IMG/VR virus record: IMGVR_UViG_3300042472_000301
Span: 1-64,000 of that record
Direction: 5' to 3' (one strand)
DNA length: 64,000 nt
From: a virus
The position numbers were made by a program, and so were the translations under genes. Positions 1-7,181 of this stretch are shown one piece after another (position 1 is the stretch's first letter; each line of letters begins with the position of its first letter). The notes beneath the pieces were generated by a model. It worked only from the letters and a program-made list of their open reading frames with translations. It ran no database searches and had not been told where the DNA came from.

Positions 1-127
1 AACGAGCGCCAGTAAAACGGGTTGCAAAACCTGCGCCTGTTAGGAACCCAGACTTTACAGACAAGGTTGTTGATCTTATCAAGTGGGTAGACAGTCCGTT
101 CAAGCTGATCTCGGTGGTGCTGATTGC
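1..127 (+). repeat. Exact 127-bp direct repeat, copy 1 (copy 2 at 37927-38053)
   Basis: Base-by-base identity; first mismatch at 128 (g) versus 38054 (c). Diverged homology continues through the endolysin (to ~1168 / ~39094). Confidence 0.95.
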
Positions 128-635
128 GTTTGTTGCGTTTGCTGGATACTTTGCTTGGGACTCACGGCAGGTCATTCTTGGTGCTATCAGTAGCAAAAAG
201 ACGGAGCTAAAAGAGCCGTTGTTGGTTGAGGCTATTGCCAAGTCTTTGATTTACGACCTAAGCGCAGATGTGGTGATTGTGAATTCAGTCAATCTTCAAT
301 CAAACAGCCGCACAACCATCTTGGCAATGAGTAATCAGGGTCGAGAGAAGTCGCTTGAAGGTGCGGTCAATGCCTTGTTTACAAGCACACCTGAACACAA
401 TCGTGCAGTCATCACAATGTTTCAAGGCGAAGTAGCTTGCGATCCGTTTGTGCCAAGCTCAAAGCTCGGTGAGTACGCTGTCAAGCATGGCGTGACGTAT
501 ATGTGCCGTGGTTCCGTGCCGCCCGAACAAGGCAGGTTTGTAGGCTACATAGCGGTGGGTTTTAAGATACCGCCCAAAGACATTTCACAAGCGAAGACTC
601 GCATTAACTTAGCAAGCACGGAGATGAGTAAATGA
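1..635 (+). CDS. T4 gpT-like single-TM holin/lysis protein with periplasmic GAF-like domain, allele A (5' end at 37899-37926 on the circle)
   Basis: Near-identical to 37899..38561; one TM segment; LSADVVIV and YMCRG..GRFVGYIAVGF patterns; overlaps the endolysin start. Confidence 0.6.
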   Translation, partial: RAPVKRVAKPAPVRNPDFTDKVVDLIKWVDSPFKLISVVLIAFVAFAGYFAWDSRQVILGAISSKKTELKEPLLVEAIAKSLIYDLSADVVIVNSVNLQSNSRTTILAMSNQGREKSLEGAVNALFTSTPEHNRAVITMFQGEVACDPFVPSSKLGEYAVKHGVTYMCRGSVPPEQGRFVGYIAVGFKIPPKDISQAKTRINLASTEMSK

Positions 636-1168
636 TTAGCAATTGGGATCAAGCGTTTAAGCAGATGCTCGCCTCAGAGGGCGGCTTCACAGACGATGAG
701 CGTGATAACGGAAACAAGCTACCAGATGGGCGTAAAGGCTCAACCATGCTTGGCGTGACTCAGTTCAACTGGGAGCAACACGTTGGGCATCAAGTGTCGC
801 ACGACGATATGCGCGCGTTAACCCCCGCCAACGTGGAACCTTTGTACAAGAAAAAATATTGGGATGTTGTTCGCGCGGACGAATTGCCTAGCGGTATTGA
901 TTACATGGTGTTTGACATGGGCGTGAACGCAGGCCCTGGGCGCGCTATCAAACTATTGCAAACTGCGGTAGGCGTGACGCCTGATGGTGGCTTCGGCCCG
1001 ATGACAATGGCAGCTGTGCAAGCGATCGATCCTGTTGAACTGATTGAAAAGTTCAGCCAAGCCAAGGAAGACTTTTACCGCTCCCTTGGCACCTTTGCAA
1101 CTTTTGGCAAAGGCTGGCTAAACCGCGTGGCTGACGTTAAAGTCAAAGCCAATTCAATGCTCGCATAA
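632..1168 (+). CDS. Endolysin, glycoside hydrolase family 108 with C-terminal PG-binding domain
   Basis: SEGGF..D motif, G.T..GVT, YW, FDMGVNAGPGRA, FGKGWLNRV. Confidence 0.92.
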   Translation: MISNWDQAFKQMLASEGGFTDDERDNGNKLPDGRKGSTMLGVTQFNWEQHVGHQVSHDDMRALTPANVEPLYKKKYWDVVRADELPSGIDYMVFDMGVNAGPGRAIKLLQTAVGVTPDGGFGPMTMAAVQAIDPVELIEKFSQAKEDFYRSLGTFATFGKGWLNRVADVKVKANSMLA

Positions 1169-1286
1169 GCAACCGACGCCACAAGGGGATGTACGGTCGA
1201 ACGTACCGCCCCGTGTGGATTGAACGCGCGATGCGCCCTGTCCAGTTGGCGTCAGTACGGTTAATATTTCTTGATGCAGTATTCAC
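1143..1286 (-). CDS. Small basic hypothetical protein (47 aa, MNTASRN...IPLWRRLLMRALNWL)
   Basis: Read by hand; GGAGG RBS before a GTG start; last gene of the leftward operon. Confidence 0.45.
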   Translation of the reverse strand: MNTASRNINRTDANWTGRIARSIHTGRYVRPYIPLWRRLLMRALNWL

Positions 1287-1449
1287 AATACCCTCCTAAA
1301 AGATCACTACAGACTTGACCACAGCCGTCGCAGATTAACTCGGGCGGAAATGTTGGTGGGGGCTTCTCACGGGTGTTGAACAGCCACAGTAATGCCGCTA
1401 TCATCAACGCCATAGAGGCGTAAAACCACATTATGATGTCGTAGAGCAT
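1261..1449 (-). CDS. Small membrane protein with CxxC...CxxC motif
   Basis: N-terminal hydrophobic helix; CDGC and CEYC. Confidence 0.65.
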   Translation of the reverse strand: MLYDIIMWFYASMALMIAALLWLFNTREKPPPTFPPELICDGCGQVCSDLLGGYCEYCIKKY

Positions 1450-1580
1450 TTGCGCTTGTCCAGTAAAATTTGAATGTCTACGCGTAGCATCAGATGCTCT
1501 TGACGCAACCGCGCAATGTCATCATCAATCTGTGCCAACCGATCAACGATTTGTTTGTACACTTGGCTTTCTGTAATCAT
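1431..1580 (-). CDS. Small coiled-coil hypothetical protein (49 aa)
   Basis: Read by hand; ATGA overlap with the upstream gene. Confidence 0.55.
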   Translation of the reverse strand: MITESQVYKQIVDRLAQIDDDIARLRQEHLMLRVDIQILLDKRKCSTTS

Positions 1581-1795
1581 GTTTCACCTCCCGCACCACC
1601 ACCACCTTCTGTTGTTGGCTTGATGTTGTTGGTCGCAATGTACTGCGGCAAATGTTCAGGTGACATGGGCAGCGTAGGCTTGGCTAACTCTAATTTCAAT
1701 TCAATCGCATACGCTAACGCCTCTTGATTTAGCGCAGACCAAACCGAGTTCTGTGCAACCGATAGCGCGTCGATGATTACATCAATCTTGTTCAT
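1577..1795 (-). CDS. Hypothetical protein (MNKIDVIIDAL N-terminal module)
   Basis: Coupled ORF chain; N-terminus resembles the remnant at 53602-53646. Confidence 0.65.
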   Translation of the reverse strand: MNKIDVIIDALSVAQNSVWSALNQEALAYAIELKLELAKPTLPMSPEHLPQYIATNNIKPTTEGGGGAGGET

Positions 1796-1983
1796 GGTCG
1801 TAACCCCTCTTTCAACAGTTCAATACGCTCTCGCGCCACACGCAGAGAGTTCGCGCGCTGATGCAAGCGCAACAGCATTTTCACCCGACGCTCATGGGTG
1901 CGTTCGTACTCAAGCATGGCCATGATTTCGTCTTCAGACAGCGTGGCCATCGTTTCATTTAGTTTTCGCCATGTGATTTTCAT
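1792..1983 (-). CDS. Hypothetical phage protein
   Basis: GGAGG RBS; coupled ORF chain. Confidence 0.7.
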   Translation of the reverse strand: MKITWRKLNETMATLSEDEIMAMLEYERTHERRVKMLLRLHQRANSLRVARERIELLKEGLRP

Positions 1984-2116
1984 ACCGTTCCTCCAATTTT
2001 TTAACAGTTACAAAAACACGGTTGTAGGCCCGTGTTGCTTCGTTCATTAGCTTCTGCCGGTGGCGCAGCGTATCCTTGGCCGTGGCCAGTTGCGCGCGTA
2101 GTAGATCAATTTTCAC
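1955..2116 (-). CDS. Small coiled-coil hypothetical protein (53 aa)
   Basis: Read by hand, GTG start; fills the gap in the chain. Confidence 0.5.
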   Translation of the reverse strand: MKIDLLRAQLATAKDTLRHRQKLMNEATRAYNRVFVTVKKLEERYENHMAKTK

Positions 2117-2306
2117 GTCTTTCCTTTTGTAATGAAACTAATTCGCGGCGCAGCATAAAAATCTGATTGCCAAATTCAATTAGACCTTGACGCAGCGTTT
2201 CGTTTGACTGCTGTAAATTGCGGATGTACTCCGCCGTTTCAATCTGCTCTTCAAGTTTCATAACGTACCCGTGTTCTAGGTAACGCAAGATGTTGTCAGG
2301 TGTCAT
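2106..2306 (-). CDS. Hypothetical coiled-coil protein
   Basis: ATGA-coupled ORF. Confidence 0.65.
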   Translation of the reverse strand: MTPDNILRYLEHGYVMKLEEQIETAEYIRNLQQSNETLRQGLIEFGNQIFMLRRELVSLQKERREN

Positions 2307-2548
2307 GCTCTCAGTCCAAAAGGGTTATGGGCGTGTTTAATAACTAGGTTTTCAAAATGCTCAACGACCGTAGGCGTAGACACTATGTAAGTGGCGGGCT
2401 CGGTATCAACACGCTTGACTAGCCCTTTCATTTGCAAGCGTCCTAGCGCGCTGTAGATGCTGCTGCGCTGTATCTTGCAATGGTCGGAAATCTCTTGCGC
2501 CGTATGCGGCTTAGTACAAAACGCAATTATCTTGTCAGGTGTTCTCAT
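2303..2548 (-). CDS. Winged helix-turn-helix DNA-binding protein (TrmB/MarR-like)
   Basis: TAQEISDHCKIQRSSIYSALGRLQMKGLVKR pattern. Confidence 0.75.
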   Translation of the reverse strand: MRTPDKIIAFCTKPHTAQEISDHCKIQRSSIYSALGRLQMKGLVKRVDTEPATYIVSTPTVVEHFENLVIKHAHNPFGLRA

Positions 2549-2748
2549 TTCTCGCCCCTTGCTCTGATTTCATCTGCGGCATAAGTAACGTAAGGTTGTC
2601 GTTCAGTTGGCTCATATTTAAGAGCAATCTTCGCACAAGCCTCACGTTCATCAGCGCGCACAAGTTCGGCAAAGCGTTCAATCCTAGTGTCATATTCAGC
2701 ATGATGTTTATCAAACCCCGCCTGTTCAGCCAATTCTTTATGTTTCAT
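2545..2748 (-). CDS. Hypothetical protein, EREACAK...AADEIRARG family
   Basis: Common phage motif; 3' part near-identical to the gene at 53633-53950. Confidence 0.75.
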   Translation of the reverse strand: MKHKELAEQAGFDKHHAEYDTRIERFAELVRADEREACAKIALKYEPTERQPYVTYAADEIRARGEK

Positions 2749-4067
2749 TTCAAAGCCTCTAAAGCTATATCAGACACGGCGCGCTTGTCATGCAACGCCG
2801 CCCAAATTTTTTCATCAACGGTATTGTTAGTGAGCAACACATAGACCCACACGTCATTCTTCTGACCCGACCGATGGATACGCCCTACGGTTTGCTCAAA
2901 AAGTTCAAGGCTCCAAGGCAATGACAGAAAGACCATCCGGCAACCGCCGTGTTGCAGGTTAAGCCCGTGCCCTGCTGACTTGGGGTGGACAAGTAGCAAC
3001 TCCACTTTTCCCGCATTCCAGCGGTCAATGGCGTCTTTGTCGTCGAGAGTGACGGCGTGGGGGTACTGGCGCTTGAGTTCGGCAAGTTCTTCTCGGTAGG
3101 TGTAGGCGATGATGGTGTTAGCACGTTGGTTCTCCTCTAGTAAATCGTCAAGCAAATCAAACTTGTGACGGCTTAACCAAATGGCGGTCTGTAAAGTATC
3201 AAACTTACCTGAGCGCATACTTGCTGTTGTGCTAGTGTGATAGATAAAACCTGACGCCATCTGTTGCAGTTTGCCCGTCACAACCGCCGCGTTGATTGCC
3301 TCAATGTGTGTATCGCCAAACAACAACACAAAGTCTTGTTTCATTTTCTTATAACTCACCATGTCCATGTCACAGCGCATCTCAACGGTGTGGCAAGGCG
3401 GCAGCTTGTCGGCGTACTCACCTGCCTCAAGCAGATAGGTCGCGGGCTTGATACGCTCCATCACCGATTGCAACGCCTTGGGGCGTGGCGCCCATTCGCC
3501 GTACTCTTTGTTCATCAGCACAAAGTACGTTTGCATAAACGCGCCTTTGCTGCGCCCAAGCAACGATTGGTCAACGATCTTGCATTGCCCAAACACGTCT
3601 TCTAAACCGTTACTTGTGAACGATCCGGTCAGGCCCCAGCGCACGGTCATAGGTTCAATGACTTTAAGCAACGCTTTGAAGCGCGCGCCCGAGGGGTTCT
3701 TGAGCCGTGTCAGTTCGTCAAACACAATGCCGTCAAAGTCCAACTCTTGCTCGGCTAACCATTGCAGATTGTCGTAGTTGGTCACAACGACGTTAGCGTT
3801 AGATTGAAGCGCAGCTAAACGCCGTGCGGGTGTGCCACCGGCAAACGCCACACTAAGTTTGAACCCCCACTTGACAGCCTCGGCTGGCCATACGCTCATG
3901 GCAACCCGTTTGGGTGCTAGGACAAGCCAACGGCGCACCGGTGAGGCTTGCATAGCGGTCAACGTAATCGCCGTCTTACCGGCGCCCACAGGGGCCAACA
4001 CCATAGCGCGGTCGTGTGTGCCGAGAAAAGCGGCGGCTTCAGTTTGATAAGGTCTTAATGTAAGCAT
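2745..4067 (-). CDS. SNF2-family (SF2) helicase
   Basis: LRPYQ, GAGKT, FDE, LTGS, SAGHGLNLQ, QTVGRIHRSGQ. Confidence 0.92.
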   Translation of the reverse strand: MLTLRPYQTEAAAFLGTHDRAMVLAPVGAGKTAITLTAMQASPVRRWLVLAPKRVAMSVWPAEAVKWGFKLSVAFAGGTPARRLAALQSNANVVVTNYDNLQWLAEQELDFDGIVFDELTRLKNPSGARFKALLKVIEPMTVRWGLTGSFTSNGLEDVFGQCKIVDQSLLGRSKGAFMQTYFVLMNKEYGEWAPRPKALQSVMERIKPATYLLEAGEYADKLPPCHTVEMRCDMDMVSYKKMKQDFVLLFGDTHIEAINAAVVTGKLQQMASGFIYHTSTTASMRSGKFDTLQTAIWLSRHKFDLLDDLLEENQRANTIIAYTYREELAELKRQYPHAVTLDDKDAIDRWNAGKVELLLVHPKSAGHGLNLQHGGCRMVFLSLPWSLELFEQTVGRIHRSGQKNDVWVYVLLTNNTVDEKIWAALHDKRAVSDIALEALK

Positions 4068-4317
4068 CTACTTGTTCCTTAGTCCATAGTGTTGTGTAGT
4101 TTTGATTTAATCTCGCCATGTCGGCGGCAAAAATTTTTTGTAATTCTGACAATCGACCCCCTTTAGTCTTGAGCTCTACAAACCATGTCGCCCCGTCAGG
4201 GAAACACGCTATACGATCGGCAACGCCACGGTGGCTAGGTGACGTAAACTTATACGTCTTGCCGCCCGCGCGTTCGACTGCCCATTTAAAATAATTTTCG
4301 ATTTCTGATTCTTTCAT
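4039..4317 (-). CDS. VRR-NUC domain nuclease
   Basis: E.EIE, GVADRI, FVELK..GRLSELQ. Confidence 0.9.
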   Translation of the reverse strand: MKESEIENYFKWAVERAGGKTYKFTSPSHRGVADRIACFPDGATWFVELKTKGGRLSELQKIFAADMARLNQNYTTLWTKEQVDAYIKTLSN

Positions 4318-4381
4318 GTAAAAAAGTATAGCACAGGCAAAAAATCGTGTACAATTAAATTTCTAAACAGGAGATTACACT
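4318..4381. promoter_or_regulatory. Divergent promoter region (VRR-NUC/helicase versus DUF2800-SSB-pol operon)
   Basis: AT-rich; TACAAT on + and TATACT on -; AGGAG RBS. Confidence 0.55.
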
Positions 4382-5470
4382 ATGCTTCACTCAACTATCG
4401 TAGGTGGCTCGACCGCCAAACGCGTTATCGCTTGCCCAGCCTCAATCGACTTGGTTGCTAAGATGCCGCCAAAGCCCTCTAGCAAGTACGCTGACGAAGG
4501 CACACTCTTACACGACGCCATTAGCCAAATCCTTGACTGCAAGGCGACACCCGAGTCTGTGATCGGTATGGTTCACGAAGGCATTACGCTTACACAGGAG
4601 TTATACGATGACAAGATTGCTGTGGCGTTGTCGGCGTTGGATGAAATTGATCCCGATAAGCAGATGGAATTTGCTGTGGAAAGCAGCGTCAACTTTGGTG
4701 ATCTTTTGCCTGGCGTGTTTGGAAGTGCTGATCTACTTGGCCGGATCGGCAAAAAGGCAATTGTTTTGGATTGGAAATTCGGCAATGGCGTGGCTGTCGA
4801 GGCAACTGAGAACGAACAGGGTATGTTCTACGCTGCTGCTGCCATGCGTACGCCGGAAACTCAATGGGTGTTTGAGGATGTTGAAGAAATTGAAATCATT
4901 ATTGTTCAACCGCCGATGGTGAAGCGTTGGGTGACAACGCCCGAGCGTATCGCTAAGTTTGAGTTTGACCTGATAGCTGCGGTCAACGGCCCACGCACTA
5001 AGCTAGAGTCCGGTGAGCATTGCCGGTGGTGTGCAGCCAAGCCCACTTGCCCGTTGGTTACGGGTGCTGTTGACCGTGCGCTCAAGACCGCGCTTGTGCG
5101 CCTTGACGCTGACAAGATAAGTGAGTACCTCACCCAAGCCGATGAACTCGAATCGTGGATCGACGCCGTGCGCGTACTGGCCTACGATATGTTAGAGAAC
5201 AACGTGCGTGTGCCAGGATACAAACTGGTCGCCAAGCGCGGCACACGTCAATGGGTGAACGATGAAGCGCCGGTAAAATTATTAGGTGACAAAGCGTATG
5301 AGAGTAAGTTAATCTCTGTAGCCCAAGCCGAAAAAATTATTGGCAAAAAGAACTTTCCGTCTGACGTAGCAGTAAGCGTTAGCTCGGGCAGTACGTTGGC
5401 AGCGGAATCTGATCCACGGCCAGCGGTGATCGACCTAGGTAAGCAACTCGCTAACCTAAAACTACTCTAA
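4382..5470 (+). CDS. DUF2800-type PD-(D/E)XK (Cas4-like) nuclease
   Basis: H...GGS..R..CP, EGT..H, FGSAD, DWKFG, HCRWC...TC, PGYKLV. Confidence 0.88.
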   Translation: MLHSTIVGGSTAKRVIACPASIDLVAKMPPKPSSKYADEGTLLHDAISQILDCKATPESVIGMVHEGITLTQELYDDKIAVALSALDEIDPDKQMEFAVESSVNFGDLLPGVFGSADLLGRIGKKAIVLDWKFGNGVAVEATENEQGMFYAAAAMRTPETQWVFEDVEEIEIIIVQPPMVKRWVTTPERIAKFEFDLIAAVNGPRTKLESGEHCRWCAAKPTCPLVTGAVDRALKTALVRLDADKISEYLTQADELESWIDAVRVLAYDMLENNVRVPGYKLVAKRGTRQWVNDEAPVKLLGDKAYESKLISVAQAEKIIGKKNFPSDVAVSVSSGSTLAAESDPRPAVIDLGKQLANLKLL

Positions 5471-5482
5471 AAGGTACTCTAA

Positions 5483-6109
5483 ATGTTTAACTTAGCTAAT
5501 CTACCGCAAGTAAAATCTCTCTCTACAGCCCTGCGTACTATCCAAGCAGAAGTTGGCCCAACTGGCGTTGTTATCATCAAGATGGACAAGACCGGTCATT
5601 GGGTTTTTGGTGCTGACCAAACCGAAGTCGAAGCTGACTCAACTTGGGCGGTCAATCCTTTTTCGTTTGTCCACGGCTACATTGCGTGGGGTGACGGTGA
5701 AGTATTGGCTGAGAAAATGGTGTCGGTATCTGAGCCATTGCCTGAGATGGATGACGCACCACCAAGCGCCAAACGTGGTTGGGAAGTGCAGGTCGGCATG
5801 AGCATAAAGTGTTTGACCGGCGAAGACAAAGGTTTGGAAGCGCGTTACACCACCACATCAGCGGGTGGCAAGCGTGGTGTACAGACCTTGGCTGTTGCGA
5901 TTGCTGAACAAGTTGATAAAGATCAGTCTAAACCTGTGCCTGTCGTGTTGCTCAAAAAGGAACACTATCAGCACAAGTCGTATGGCCGCATCTTTACACC
6001 TCTGTTTGACATTCAGTCGTGGGTCGGCATGGACGGTGAAGAGCCAGTTGTTGAGGCAGAAGAAGTTGCCGAGGCAGCACCCGCACGTCGTCGTAGGAGC
6101 GCAACATGA
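5483..6109 (+). CDS. Putative single-stranded DNA-binding protein
   Basis: Lies between DUF2800 and pol; aromatic beta-rich core (YQHKSYGRIFTP) and acidic tail. Confidence 0.65.
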   Translation: MFNLANLPQVKSLSTALRTIQAEVGPTGVVIIKMDKTGHWVFGADQTEVEADSTWAVNPFSFVHGYIAWGDGEVLAEKMVSVSEPLPEMDDAPPSAKRGWEVQVGMSIKCLTGEDKGLEARYTTTSAGGKRGVQTLAVAIAEQVDKDQSKPVPVVLLKKEHYQHKSYGRIFTPLFDIQSWVGMDGEEPVVEAEEVAEAAPARRRRSAT

Positions 6110-6279
6110 AACTTGACCTCTCATTAGACGAGATCAATAAAATCTTGGGTGTACTTGGGCGTCAGCCTTACCAAGAAGTTGAGCAATTAATTGCCAAGGT
6201 TCGTCGTCAAGCGTTACCGCAGTTGCAAGAGCCTGAAGCAGAAGAAGGTGTTGTTTACTATCCAAAAGTAGCCGAGTAA
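6106..6279 (+). CDS. Small hypothetical protein (57 aa, MKLDLSLDEINKILGVLGRQPYQEV...)
   Basis: Read by hand; ATGA overlap and AGGAG RBS. Confidence 0.7.
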   Translation: MKLDLSLDEINKILGVLGRQPYQEVEQLIAKVRRQALPQLQEPEAEEGVVYYPKVAE

Positions 6280-6381
6280 GGTTCAGGGGGCGGTTAGGCA
6301 AGCATTTGAGGATGTCGTAAGTGCGTGTTTTTCTTGCCTTCCAACGCGTATGCAGTAACGGCCAAATCAACGCCCCCACCT
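6279..6381 (+). ncRNA. Candidate structured RNA with pseudoknot
   Basis: GGGGGCG(6286-92)/CGCCCCC(6371-77) outer stem; nested stems; AGGCAAG(6296-6302) complementary to loop CTTGCCT(6333-39). Confidence 0.55.
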
Positions 6382-6401
6382 ATAAATTAAGGTAGAGTCA
6401 A

Positions 6402-7181
6402 ATGGAACCATTAAATTTTTGTCGTCAGATTAAAAAATCGTACGCCGAATCGTGGCGACTTGATTATATTAAAAAAGAACTACCAAAAATGCCTGTAGAT
6501 GTATTAATAAAAGGTTTAGATTCAGCGGTTAAATTTACTTTGCCTAACGACGGTAAAATTATAGAAGATTCAAAATTAAAAGGTCTTATTGACATTACTG
6601 AGTTACGTTTGCCGTATAAAGATATTGTTTTAGAATTTGTTTTAGTTGGTTCAAGATTAAAAAAAATAGTTATCCATGCGATTGAAGATGAATCGCGTAT
6701 AGTGATATGTGTTTGGGGAGGAACAGATAATGCGTGGTTGCCTTTTGTGCTTGCAAGCATACCTAAAATAAATTTTATACGGGTTAACGCAGACAATAGT
6801 TTAAGTTTTGCCGTTCAAAGGCATTTGATAGAAGAAAAATATAAAACAGAAATGAATTTATTGTCGGGTTTGGGCGCTGACACGTTGCTTAGTTTTCTTA
6901 ACGCGTTAGCTTGTAGTAATGTTCATACCGAAAAGTTACCTACCCGTAAGCCTAGCAAAACTCTTGGTGCGTTGCCCTTTGATGAATACCATGTGCTGAC
7001 CATCGACCGTCCAGCGGGCACCGGCAACGGCCACGCGGGAGGTAGTCACCGCAGCCCCCGCGAACACTTGCGTCGGGGCCACATAAGACGTTTGCCAACT
7101 GGCAGCAAAATATGGGTTAACGCAGCGGTCATTAACGCAGGGGCGGGTGGCAAAATCCGTAAGCAATATGCTATGGGTTGA
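6402..7181 (+). CDS. Hypothetical protein; AT-rich N-terminal domain plus SPR.H.RRGH.R C-terminal motif
   Basis: 259-aa ORF; visibly lower GC over ~6400-6930. Confidence 0.75.
   Translation: MEPLNFCRQIKKSYAESWRLDYIKKELPKMPVDVLIKGLDSAVKFTLPNDGKIIEDSKLKGLIDITELRLPYKDIVLEFVLVGSRLKKIVIHAIEDESRIVICVWGGTDNAWLPFVLASIPKINFIRVNADNSLSFAVQRHLIEEKYKTEMNLLSGLGADTLLSFLNALACSNVHTEKLPTRKPSKTLGALPFDEYHVLTIDRPAGTGNGHAGGSHRSPREHLRRGHIRRLPTGSKIWVNAAVINAGAGGKIRKQYAMG

Noticed and set aside
1143-1286. Cationic peptide as a spanin substitute
   Set aside because: It is on the opposite strand in an early operon, and only composition supports the idea.
4382-5470. Cas4 as evidence of CRISPR-Cas (also 58529-59626)
   Set aside because: Both are DUF2800-type nucleases in their usual phage replication context.
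6134-6379. Minus-strand 81-aa ORF over the RNA candidate (also 57743-57961 +)
   Set aside because: Antisense to the operon and overlaps a better-supported ORF or structure.
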